Source: Antedon mediterranea
Lineage: Eukaryota > Animalia > Echinodermata
Direction: 5' to 3'
Assembly (NCBI RefSeq): GCF_964355755.1
Contig: NC_092674.1
Span: 19,406,001 to 19,470,000 of the forward strand
Length of the DNA: 64,000 nt
Both the position numbers and the translations under genes were made by a program. Below the pieces are notes generated by a model that worked only from the letters and a program-made list of their open reading frames with translations, was not told the DNA's origin and searched no databases. Position 1 is the stretch's first letter. Each line of letters opens with the position of its first letter. Positions 1-13,107 of this stretch are shown piece after piece.

Positions 1-2482
1 AGTGAAAAACATGATGGTACAAATGGAAAAAAGGTCTAGAAGAGAGGAAAATAACAAGATGAAGGAGCAGAAAATATATGGTTGAATATATGACTAAAAT
101 CATACCTTACATTAAAACAATCAATTAAATTAATATTTTATATTACAATAAAGGATGAAATCAATGGTAGGACATGTAATGAGGCCAGTCAAACTAATAA
201 CATATAGTATTGAAATAGAGTAAATGTAAAATAAAGAGGTAATTTAGGTGGAAAAATGATAATAAAAAAAATGCTAGTACTACAAGTAAAAATTTTTATT
301 CACATATTTTTTTTATTAATTATATTTTCAGCCTCTGCTATGATTAGTACCAAGTATTTTTGCTTTCAACAAGTCTGACTTCACAATTTGATGTCTTTTA
401 AAGGTAATTGGTCATCTCAATATTGCTTTACGCTTTAAACCATCAGATAATAGTAATAATTGTAGCAGTACAATTAGAAATTAAATTTACATTACATTTA
501 TCAAACAAAATGTCTAATGTGATTAGTTGACAACACAATTACAAAAGACAGTAAAAAAGTAGTTAATTTGAAATGCCCAAATTCAATTTAGCTTTCCCTT
601 CTCCATCAGCTGTTCTTGTTTGGGTACATTGTTAAAAATCACAATATATGATACACAGAAATACAGTCTGTTTAGGTCATAAAAATGAATAATGCACTAA
701 AAATGTTATTAGTTTTATTAGTACTGTATACTAATGACTGAATATAATGGTTTTTTTTTAAACAGTGATAATGGATAAGAAAGAGGATAATCTAGAAGTG
801 GAAGTGGAAACAAGATGAATAATACATTTAGGAAGAAAAAAAAGGAGATGGTTGAATATAACTAATAGTCTTATTTTCATACACATTAATTCATGTTAAA
901 ACAAGATGACCATTAAACAATTTTAAGCCCAATTAAATACAACAAAGCACCCAAGTCAATGACTAGAAATGTAATTTAACAGGTTTCTTAAATTAATTCT
1001 AAAGCCAATACAAAGCAAATACATTTACAATAAAAAATGAAGCGAGAAAAGTGTAATGTAACACATCTGAGAATTGTTAGTAAAGTATTACATTTCAAAC
1101 CCAAAATTAAAACTTTTTTTTAGACAACTTCTAATGTTTATTAAAATGTGCTTTTTCATTTTTTTTTCAGTTACTGCTGTGGTTTTAGACATCCTCCACT
1201 TCACATACAAGTTAATGGCTTATTAATAATTAAGGTAATCAGTAAACTCATTATAAATGTTTTGCTTTAATTTACTAACAATGTTTCATTTATCTACTAA
1301 CCATACATAAACACACTCACACACCAACATACACAAAACACCTTTTAGAATAGCTTGTATTTAATGTAGAACAAATTAAATCTTCTTGTACTAGACTAAA
1401 GTTAAACACAGAAATGCAGTCAGTTTAGTTAATTACTGTAGGGAAAATTAAAAACAGCAATACAGTTCAGTTAGTTGTTGTAGGACAAAATTAAACTAAG
1501 GAATACAGTTTAGTTTAGTTATTTACTGTAGGGAAAAATTAGAAGCAGCAATGTAGTTTAGTTGGTTGTAGAACATATTTAAACAGGGGAATACAGTTCA
1601 GTTTAGTTATTTTCTGTATAGGAAAACAATTAAAAACATCAATTCAGTTTAGTATAGTTTAGTTAATTGTACTGTAGGACAAATTTAAACACAGCAATGG
1701 AATTTAGTTGGTTGTGAAACAAAAGTGAACATAGTTTAGTTTGGTTAATTGTTGTAGGACAAATGTAGACACAACAATGTGTTTAGTTGTTTGTAGAACA
1801 CAATTAAACACAGCAATTCAGTTTAGTTAAGTTGGTTGTAGAACAAAATTAAACCGAGCAATTCAATTTATCTATTGAACAACCCAATAATACAGGACAT
1901 TCAAGTAGTTAGACATGTTTAAGAGTACAGTTATTATAGAAAACAATTAAGAGTAATTATTTAAAAAAAATCTGAAAGTATAATTGGTTGAGAAATCATC
2001 TATTGAACAACTCAATAATACAGAACATTCAAGTAGTTAGACATGTGTAGGGGTACAGTTTTTATAGAACACAATTAAGAGTAAATTGTAGTTTTTATCA
2101 ATTGGTTGTAGAAGAAATTTAAACACAGCAATGCAGTTTAGGTTAGTTAGTTGTTTATGGCAAAATTAAACACAGGATTGCAGTTCAGTTTAGTTGGTTG
2201 TAGAAGAAATTTAAACACAGCAATGCAGTTCAGTTTAGTTAGTTGTTTAGGGCAAAATTAAACACAGGAATACAGTTCAGTTTAGTTAGTTGTAGAAGAA
2301 ATTTAAACACAGCAATGCAGTTCAGTTTAGTTAGTTGTTTAGGGCAAAATTAAACACAGTATTGCAGTTCAGTTTAGTTGGTTGTAGGTGAAATATAAAC
2401 ACAGCAATACCGTTCAGTTTAGTTAGTTGTTTAGGGCAAAATAAAACAACAAATCTAACAGTGTAATTGGTTGAGAAATCAT

Positions 2483-3330
2483 CTATTGGACAACACAATA
2501 ATACAGGACATTCAAGTAGTTAGACATGTGTAGGGGGACAGTTATTATAGAACACAATTAGGAGTACATATTTTAGACAAATCTAAAAGTATAATTGATT
2601 GGAAAATTATCTATTGAACAACTCAACAATACATGACATTAAAGTAGTCAGACATGTGTAGGGGGACAGTTATTATAGAACACAATTAGGAGTACATATT
2701 TTAGACAAATCTAAAAGTATAATTGATTGGAAAATTATCTATTGAACAACTCAACAATACATGACATTAAAGTAGTCAGACATGTGTAGGGGGACAGTTA
2801 TTATAGAACACAATTAAGAGTACATATTTTAGACAAATCTAAAAGTCTAATTGATTCAGAAATTATCTATTGAACAACTCAACAATACAGGACATTAAAG
2901 GAGTCAGACAAGTGTAGGGGTACAGTTATTTTAGAGCACAATTAAGAGTACATATTTTAGACAAATCTAAAAGTCTAATTGATTGAGAAATTATCTATTG
3001 AACAACTCAACAATACAGGACATTAAAGTAGTCAGACAAGTGTAGGGGTACAGTTATTATAGAGCACAATTAAGAGTACATATTTTAGACAAATCTAAAA
3101 GTCTAATTGATTGAGAAATTATCTATTGAACAACTCAACAATACAGGACATTAAAGTAGTCAGACAAGTGTAGGGGTACAGTTATTATAGAGCACAATTA
3201 AGAGTACATATTTTTAAAAAATAAAACAGTATTATTTGTTTAAAAATCATCTATTGAACAACCCAATAATACAGGACATTCAAGTAGTTAGACATGTGTA
3301 GGGGTACAGTTATTATAGAACACAATTAAG
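2483..3330. repeat. 128-bp tandem sub-array (also ~3831-4420, 21121-21840, 23480-23815, 24230-24700)
   Basis: CTATTGAACAACTC recurs at 2611, 2739 and 2867 (period 128). Confidence 0.9.
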
Positions 3331-6089
3331 AGTAAATTGTAGTTTTTATCAATTGGTTGTAGAAGAAATTTAAACACAGCAATGCAGTTTAGGTTAGTTA
3401 GTTGTTTATGGCAAAATTAAACACAGGAATCCAGTTCAGTTTAGTTAGTTGTAGAAGAAATTTAAACACAGCAATGCAATGCAGTTCAGTTTAGTTAGTT
3501 GTTTAAGGCAAAATTAAACACAGGATTGCAGTTTAGTTTAGTTGGTTGTAGGTGAAATTTAAACACAGCAATACAGTTCAGTTTAGTTAGTTGTTTAGGG
3601 CAAAATTAAACACAGGAATCCAGTTCAGTTTAGTTAGTTGTAGAAGAAATTTAAACACAGCAATGCAGTTCAGTTTAGTTAGTTGTTTAGGGCAAAATTA
3701 AACACAGGATTGCAGTTTAGTTTAGTTGATTGTAGGTGAAATTTAAACACAGCAATACAGTTCAGTTTAGTTAGTTGTTTAGGGCAAAATAAAACAGCAA
3801 ATCTAACAGTCTAATTGATTGAGAAATCATCTATTGGACAACACAATAATACAGGACATTCAAGTAGTTAGACATGTGTAGGGGACAGTTATTATAGAAC
3901 ACAATTAGGAGTACATATTTTAGACAAATCTAAAAGTATAATTGATTGAAAAATTATCTATTGAACAACTCAACAATACAGGACATTAAAGTAGTCAGAC
4001 ATGTGTAGGGGTACAGTTATTATAGAACACAATTAAGAGTACATATTTTAGACAAATCTAAAAGTCTAATTGATTGAGAAATTATCTATTGAACAACTCA
4101 AAAATACAGGACATTAAAGTAGTCAGACAAGTGTAGGGGTACAGTTATTATAGAGCACAATTAAGAGTACATATTTTAGACAAATCTAAAAGTCTAATTG
4201 ATTGAGAAATTATCTATTGAACAACTCAACAATACAGGACATTAAAGTAGTCAGACAAGTGTAGGGGTACAGTTATTATAGAGCACAATTAAGAGTACAT
4301 ATTTTAGACAAATCTAACAGTACTATTTGTTCAAAAATCATCTATTGAACAACCCAATAATACAGGACATTCAAGTAGTTAGACATGTGTAGGGGTACAG
4401 TTATTATAGAACACAATTAAGAGTAAATTGTAGTTTTTATCAATTGGTTGTAGAAGAAATTTAAACACAGCAATGCAGTTCAGGTTAGTTAGTTGTTTAG
4501 GGCAAAATTAAACACAGGATTGCAGTTCAGTTTAGTTGGTTGTAGGTGAAATTTAAACACAGCAATACAGTTCAGTTTAGTTAGTTGTTTAGGGCAAAAT
4601 AAACAGCAAATCTAACAGTGTAATTGGTTGAGAAATCATCTATTGAACAACTCAATAATACAGAACATTCAGGTAGTTAGACATGTCTGGGGGGACAATT
4701 ATTATAGAACACAATTAAGAGTAAATTGTAGTTTTTATCAATTGGTTGTAGAAGAAATTTAAACACAGCAATGCAGTTCAGGTTAGTTAGTTGTTTAGGG
4801 AAAAATTAAACACAGGAATGCAGTTAATTTTAGTTGGTTGTAGGAGAAATTTAAACAGAGCAATGCAGTTCAGTTTAGTTAGTTGTTAAGGGCAAAATTA
4901 AACATAGGAATGCAGTTCAGTTTAGTTGGTTGTATGAGAAATTTAAACACAGCAATGCAGTTCAGTTTAGTTAGTTGTTTAGGGCAAAATTAAACACAGG
5001 AATGCAGTTCAGTTTAGTTGGTTGTATGAGAAATTTAAACACAGCAATGCAGTTCAGTTTAGTTAGTTGCTTTAGGACAAAGTTAAACAAGGAATTCAGT
5101 TTAGTTAATTACTTATGACAAAATTAAACAGAGGAATGCAGTTCAATTTAGTTAGTTGTTTAGGGCAAAATAAAACACAGCACATCTAACAGTATAATTG
5201 GTTGAGAAATCATCTGTAGAACAACTAAAAAATACAGGACATTCAAGTACTTAGATAGGTCTAGGGGTACAGTTATTATAGAACACAATTAAGAGTACAT
5301 ATTTTAGACAAATCTAAAAGTATAATTGGTTGAAAAATCATCCATTAAACAACCCAATAATACAGGACATTCAAGTAGTTAGACATGTGTAGGGGTACAG
5401 TTATTATATAACCCATTTTGGAGTACATATTTGACAACTCTAACAGTATAATTGGTTGAGAAATCATCTATTCAACAACCAAATGGACATTCAAGTAGAC
5501 ATGTGTAAGGATACAGTTATTATAGAACACAATTACATATTTTAGACAAATCTAACAGAATAATAATACAGGACATTCAAGTAGTTAGACATGTGTAGGG
5601 GTAATAGTTATTATAGAACACAATTAAGATTACATATTTTAGAAAAATCTAACAGTATAATTGGTTGAGACATTTTTGGTTGTAGGACACAATCACAGCA
5701 CTTTAGTTTAGTTGGTTGTAGAACAAAATTAAACAGAGCAATTCAGTTTAGTTTAGTTGGTTGTAGGACACAATTAAACAGAGCAATTCAGTTTAGTTTA
5801 GTTGGTTGTAGGACAAAATTAAACACAGAAGCTTAGTTTAGTTTAGTTGGTTGTAGAACACAATTTAACACAGCAGCACAGTTTAGTTTAGTAATTAAAC
5901 AGAGAAATTTAGTTTAGTTGGTTTTAGGACACAATTAAACACAGCAGTTCAGTTTAGTTTAGAACAAAATAAACAGAGAAATTCAGTTTAGTTTAGTTGG
6001 TTGTAGGACACAATTTAACAGAGTAATTAAGTTTATTTTATTTGGTTGTAGAACAACATTAAACACAGCAATTCTAATTTAGCTTAGTT

Positions 6090-7320
6090 GGCTGTAGGAC
6101 ACAATTAAACAGAGTAATTCAGTTTAGTTTAGTTGGTTGTAAGACACAATTAAATATAGCAATTCAGTTTAGTGTAGTTGGTTTTAGGACACAATTAAAC
6201 ATAGCAATTCAGTGTAGTTTAGTTGGTTTTAGGACACAATTAAACATAGCAATTCAGTTTAGTTTAGTTGGTTTTAGGACACAATTAAACAGAGTAATTC
6301 AGTTTAGTTTAGTTGGTTGTAAGACACAATTAAACATAGCAATTCAGTTTAGTTTAGTTGGTTGTAAGACACAATTAAACAGAGCAATTCAGTTTAGTTT
6401 AGTTGGTTGTAGGACACAATTAAACAGAGCAATTCAGTTTAGTTTAGTTGGTTGTAGGACACAATTAAACAGAGCAATTCAGTTTAGTTTAGTTGGTTGT
6501 AGGACACAATTAAACAGAGCAATTCAGTTTAGTTTAGTTGGTTTTAGGACACAATTAAACAGAGCAATTCAGTTTAGTTTAGTTGGTTGTAGGACACAAT
6601 TAAACAGAGCAATTCAGTTTAGTTTAGTTGGTTTTAGGACACAATTAAACACAGCAGTTCAGCTCAGTTCAGTTTAGTTGTTTGTAGAACAAAATGAAAC
6701 AGAGCAATTCAGTTTAGTTTAGTTGGTTGTAGGACACAATTAAACAGAGCAAGTCAGTTTAGTTTAGTTGGTTTTAGGACACAATTAAACACAGCAGTTC
6801 AGCTCAGTTCAGTTTAGTTGTTTGTAGAACAAAATGAAACAGAGCAATTCAGTTTAGTTTAGTTGGTTGTAGGACACAATTAAACACAGCAATTCAGTTC
6901 AGTTTAGTTGTTTGTAGAACAAAATGAAACAGAGCAATTCAGTTTAGTTTAGTTGGTTGTAGGACACAATTAAACAGAGCAATTCAGTTTAGTTTAGTTG
7001 GTTGTAGGACACAATTAAACAGAGCAATTCAGTTTAGTTTAGTTGGTTGTAGGACACAATTAAACAGAGCAATTCAGTTTAGTTTAGTTGGTTGTAGGAC
7101 ACAATTAAACATAGCAATTCAGTGTAGTTTAGTTGGTTGTAGGACACAATTAAACAGAGCAATTCAGTTTAGTTTAGTTGGTTGTAGGACACAATTAAAC
7201 ACAGCATTTCAGTTTAGTTTAGTTGGTTGTAGGACACAATTAAACAGAGCAATTCAGTTTAGTTTAGTTGGTTGTAGAACAAAATTAAACAGAGCAATTC
7301 AGTTTAGTTTAGTTGGTTGT
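6090..7320. repeat. 45-bp tandem sub-array (AATTCAGTTTAGTTTAGTTGGTTGTAGGACACAATTAAACAGAGC)
   Basis: Direct reading of the sequence; AGAGC at 6381 and 6426 gives period 45. Confidence 0.95.
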
Positions 7321-7499
7321 AGGACAAAATTAAACACAGCAGCTTAGTTTAGTTTAGTTGGTTGTAGAACACAATTTAACACAGCAGCACAGTTTAGTTT
7401 AGTAATTAAACAGAGAAATTTAGTTTAGTTGGTTTTAGGACACAATTAAACACAGCAGTTCAGTTTAGTTTAGAACAAAATAAACAGAGAAATTCAGTT

Positions 7500-8340
7500 T
7501 AGTTAGTTGTTTAGGGCAAAATTAAACACAGGAATCCAGTTAATTTTAGTTGGTTGTAGGAGAAATTTAAACAGAGCAATGCAGTTCAGTTTAGTTAGTT
7601 GTTAAGGGCAAAATTAAACATAGGAATGCAGTTCCGTTTAGTTGGTTGTATGAGAAATTTAAACACAGCAATGCAGTTCACTTTAGTTAGTTGTTTAGGG
7701 CAAAATTAAACACAGGAATGCAGTTCAGTTTAGTTGGTTGTATGAGAAATTTAAACACAGCAATGCAGTTCAGTTTAGTTAGTTGTTAAGGGCAAAATTA
7801 AACATAGGAATGCAGTTCAGTTTAGTTGGTTGTATGAGAAATTTAAACACAGCAATGCAGTTCAATTAAGTTAGTTGTTAAGGGCAAAATTAAACATAGG
7901 AATGCAGTTCAGTTTAGTTGGTTGTATGAGAAATTTACAGACAGCAATGCAGTTCAGTTTAGTTAGTTGTTAAGGGCAGAATTAAACATAGGAATGCAGT
8001 TCAGTTTAGTTGGTTGTATGAGAAATTTAAACACAGCAATGCAGTTCAGTTTAGTTAGTTGTTAAGGGCAAAATTAAACACAGGAATGCAGTTCAGTTTA
8101 GTTGGTTGTATGAGAAATTTAAACACAGCAATGCAGTTCAGTTTAGTTAGTTGTTAAGGGCAAAAATTAAACATAGGAATGCAGTTCAGTTTAGTTGGTT
8201 GTATGAGAAACTTAAACACAGCAATGCAGTTCAGTTTAGTTGGTTGTATGAGAAATTTAAACACAGCAATGCAGTTCAGTTTAGTTGGTTGTATGAGAAA
8301 TTTAAACACAGCAATGCAGTTCAGTTTAGTTAGTTGCTTT
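7500..8340. repeat. 92-bp dimer (45+47) sub-array, ending in 45-bp monomers
   Basis: CAYAGGAATG at 7711 and 7803 (period 92). The 15-aa repeats in ORFs 8151-8394 reflect the 45-bp monomer. Confidence 0.9.
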
Positions 8341-11300
8341 AGGACAAAGTTAAACAAGGAATTCAGTTTAGTTAATTACTTACGACAAAATTAAACAGAG
8401 GAATGCAGTTCAATTTAGGTAGTTGTTTAGGGCAAAATAAAACACAGCACATCTAACAGTATAATTGGTTGAGAAATCATCTGTAGAACAACTAAAAAAT
8501 ACAGGACAATCAAGTACTTAGATAGGTCTAGGGGTACAGTTATTATAGAACACAATTAAGAGTACATATTTTAGACAAATCTAAAAGTATAATTGGTTGA
8601 AAAATCATCCATTAAACAACCCAATAATACAGGACATTCAAGTAGTTAGACATGTGTAGGGGTACAGTTATTATATAACCCATTTTGGAGTACATATTTG
8701 ACAACTCTAACAGTATAATTGGTTGAGAAATCATCTATTGAACAACCAAATGGACATTCAAGTAGACATGTGTAAGGATACAGTTATTATAGAACACAAT
8801 TAAGAGTACATATTTTAGACAAATCTAACAGAATAATAATACAGGACATTCAAGTAGTTAGACATGTGTAGGGGTAATAGTTATTATAGAACACAATTAG
8901 GATTACATATTTTAGAAAAATCTAACAGTATAATTGGTTGAGACATTTTTGGTTGTAGGACGCAATCACAGCAGTTCAGTTTAGTTTAGTTGGTTGTAGG
9001 ACACAATCACAGCAGTTTAGTTTAGTTGGTTGTAGAACAAAATTAAACAGAGCAATTCAGTTTAGTTTAGTTGGTTGTAGGACAAAATTAAACACAGCAG
9101 CTTAGTTTAGTTTAGTTGGTTGTAGAACACAATTTAACACAGCAGCACAGTTTAGTTTAGTAATTAAACAGAGAAATTTAGTTTAGTTGGTTTTAGGACA
9201 CAATTAAACACAGCAGTTCAGTTTAGTTTAGAACAAAATAAACAGAGAAATTCAGTTTAGTTTAGTTGGTTGTAGGACACAATTTAACAGAGTAATTCAG
9301 TTTATTTTATTTGGTTGTAGAACAACATTAAACACAGCAATTCTAATTTAGCTTAGTTGGCTGTAGGACACAATTAAACGGAGTAATTCAGTTTAGTTTA
9401 GTTGGTTGTAAGACACAATTAAATATAGCAATCCTAAAAAAGAGGAAAATAACAAGATGAAGGAGCAGGAAAAATATGGTATACTTATCTGTATGGCGAT
9501 TTTCATACACATTAATTCATGTTAAAACAAAATGACTATTAAACTATTTTAAGCCCAATTAAATACAACAAAGCACCCAAGTCAATGCCATGAAATGTAA
9601 TTTAACAGGTGTCTTAAATTAATTCTAAAGCCAATACAAAGCAAATACATTGACAATTAAAATGAAGTGAGAAAAGTGTAATGTAACAGTCAGAATTGTT
9701 AGAAATGTAATATAAATAAAATACAAAATTAAAACTTTTATTTTAGACAACTTCTAATGTTTATTAAAATGTGCTTTTTCATTTTTCATTTACTGCTGTG
9801 GTTTCAAACATCCTTCACTTCACATACAAGTTAATGGCTTATTAATAATTAAGGTAATCAGTAAACTCATTATAAATGTTTTGCTTTAATTTACTAACAA
9901 TGTTTCATTTATCTACTAACCATACATAAACACACTCACACACCAACATGCACAAAACACCTTTTAGAATAGCTTGTATTTAATGTAGAACAAATTAAAT
10001 CTTCTTGTACTAGACTAAAGTTAAACACAGAAATGCAGTCAGTTTAGTTAATTACTGTAGGGAAAAATTAAAAACAGCAATACAGTTCAGTTAGTTGTTG
10101 TAGGACAAAATTAAACTAAGGAATACAGTTTAGTTTAGTTATTTACTGTAGGGAAAAATTAGAAGCAGCAATGTAGTTTAGTTGGTTGTAGAACATATTT
10201 AAACAGGGGAATACAGTTCAGTTTAGTTATTTTCTGTATAGGAAAACAATTAAAAACATCAATTCAGTTTAGTATAGTTTAGTTAATTGTACTGTAGGAC
10301 AAATTTAAACACAGCAATGGAATTTAGTTGGTTGTGAAACAAAAGTGAACATAGTTTAGTTTGGTTAATTGTTGTAGTAGGCCTAGTGGTAACAAAAGAG
10401 ATTTCTTAAAATAGTAACTATTGAATGCTGTTGGTGTTGACTGTATTCAGTTTTTTTTTCAGTGAAAAACATGATGGTACAAATGGGAAAAAGGTCTAGA
10501 AGAGAGGAAAATAACAAGATGAAGGAGCAGAAAATATATGGTTGAATATATGACTAAAATCATACCTTTAACATTAAAACAATCAATTAAATTAATATTT
10601 TATATTACAATAAAGGATGAAATCAATGGTAGGACATGTAATGAGGCCAGTCAAACTAATAACATATAGTATTGAAATAGAGTAAATGTAAAATAAAGAG
10701 GTAATTTAGGTGGAAAAATGATAATAAAAAAAAATGCTAGTACTACAAGTAAAAATGTTTATTCACATATTTTTTTTATTAATTATATTTTCAGCCTCTG
10801 CTATGATTAGTACCAAGTATTGTTGTTTTCAACAAGTCTTACTTCACAATTTGATGTCTTTTAAAGGTAATTGGTCATCTCAATATTGCTTTACGCTTTA
10901 AACCATCAGATAATAGTAATAATTGTAGCAGTACAATTAGAAATTAAATTTACATTACATTTATCAAACAAAATGTCTAATGTGATTAGTTGACAACACG
11001 ATTACAAAAGACAGTAAACAAGTAGTTAATTTGAAATGCCCAAATTCAATTTAGCTTTCCCTTCTCCATCAGCTGTTCTTGTTTGGGTACATTGTTAAAA
11101 ATCACAATATATGATACACAGAAATACAGTCTGTTTAGGTCATAAAAATGAATAATGCACTAAAAATGTTATTAGTTTTATTAGTACTGTATACTAATGA
11201 CTGAATATAATGGGTTTTTTTTTAAACAGTGATAATGGATAAGAAAGAGGATAATCTAGAAGTGGAAGTGGAAACAAGATGAATAATACATTTAGGAAGA

Positions 11301-11557
11301 AAAAAAAGGAGATGGTTGAATATAACTAATAGTCTTATTTTCATACACATTAATTCATGTTAAAACAAGATGACCATTAAACAATTTTAAGCCCAATTAA
11401 ATAAAACAAAGCACCCAAGTCAATGACTAGAAATGTAATTTAACAGGTTTCTTAAATTAATTCTAAAGCCAATACAAAGCAAATACATTTACAATTAAAA
11501 ATGAAGCGAGAAAAGTGTAATGTCACACATCTGAGAATTGTTAGTAAAGTATTACAT

Positions 11558-13064
11558 TGTCACGAAACCTTGCCAATTTAGTTATACAGAAAACAATTAC
11601 AAATTACTTCAAGAACTTCTATCGTTATTTTAATTATTTTTTTTCCCTTTTCTTTTAAACATTTATACCTCAGGCTCAAACGAGCATTCATATGAAGTTT
11701 CACATTTAACCATTCAATAACATCTAATAAATAAATACCCGTTAACAATAAACACATAAATAAATATCTTACAAGTTCCCTTTACTCCCTCAATTATCTC
11801 TAGAGATGGCCTTTACCCCTTTCCTAATACTCAAAACCCAATTAAATACAATAAACAAATAAATGAATACAACAATAATTAAATAATTACTTCTATTCCA
11901 AATACACTCTACCCTAATTCCCCTATACGTATACTTGCATCATCGTTACACTTTACAATATTATTCAATTAATTTCATCAATATAAATCTCGAATTACCC
12001 TCTTAAATTACTATCCCCATTCCCTATGATCCAATTAATACAACACTTTCTCTATCTCGTCTTATATACTTCGATTATAAATCATTCATCTTCTAATATA
12101 TTTTAGCCACTAATTTTATCAATTTGTCTTATTTATGTTCGCTTCTTTTCCACATGATTATATAATACTCGTTAATTCATAATTCAGTATCTATTCCATA
12201 TTTATAATAACAAAACTTTGTTTCACACTATTTCTTAAATTCGTACCTTATTCTATTCTTTTCCACACATATAATATTCGTTATTTCATAATTCATCTAT
12301 CTATGCCATATATATAATTACAATAAGTTGTTTCACAATATTTCTTAAATTCATATACTACTCTATTCTTTTCCACACATATAATATTTGTTATTTCATA
12401 ATTCATCTATCTATTCCATATATATATAATTACAATAAGTTTACACGTTGACAATGCCATGTAAGTTCCAATCAGGTGGCTATTTCACACACCAGTAGCC
12501 GTTGTATATAACATTCCACGCATTATTTCTGTAACCGTCCTTCTTTTCTTTAACGTCTTTCTTTAATGTCTCCAATTCAAAGGTGTGTCGTACTAGTAGT
12601 AAGTTTTTCCTTTCCGTCTCGTTCAATTCCAATATCGTTACTATTCCGTACTCACAAGTGTTCTGGTTGTCAGAGTCCTTTAGTTATAAATTCAATTAGT
12701 CAATCCGTTCTTCAATGTAGCCTACCACTCAATTAACAGTCGTAAAAAGAGACCTCAAATTAGAAATTAAGGAGTTATTTATTACACGACTACAATATCG
12801 CTGAAGTGTGCATCAAATATCTATATCTCTTACTTTGTGGTTTTCTTTATTTTCTCCGCTTCGCAACTTATCAATGCAACAATAGTAGTTTGCCACACCC
12901 AATCAAGAAATGCAACACTCAGCTTACTCCCAACTCCTTGTTTTCAACCTCGCGCCGTTCCCGCACACACTTTATATATCAACCCATCATCCAATAAGAG
13001 GCCGCTACGCATGAATGACCCCCTCATACGGTACAATGGAACAAAAATAAAATCACTTGTGACA
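11558..13064 (-). repeat. 3' LTR of element 1
   Basis: Direct repeat of 17769-19275 (offset 6211). Only 2 substitutions seen (12156/18367, 12862/19073). PPT GGGGGGAAAAA abuts it at 13065-13075. Confidence 0.97.
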
Positions 13065-13107
13065 TTTTTCCCCCCACTCAAGAACAATGTATGGGGATAT
13101 ACATTTT

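Larger units (their letters stand above)
1..10460. repeat. Macro-satellite unit, copy 1 (~10.46 kb: ~1.4 kb complex head plus 45/92/128-bp sub-arrays)
   Basis: The sequence at position 1 (AGTGAAAAACATGATGGTAC...) recurs nearly identically at 10461. The head is followed by the same ordered sub-arrays in both copies. Confidence 0.9.

Noticed and set aside
8151-8394. Repetitive ORFs with a 15-aa period (also 20809-20991, 22475-22657)
   Set aside because: They are translations of satellite units, open on both strands, with no coding signal.
2000-8420. TTAGGG and TTAGT resemblance to telomeric repeats
   Set aside because: TTAGGG occurs once per 92-bp unit and never in tandem, which is insufficient to call telomeric.
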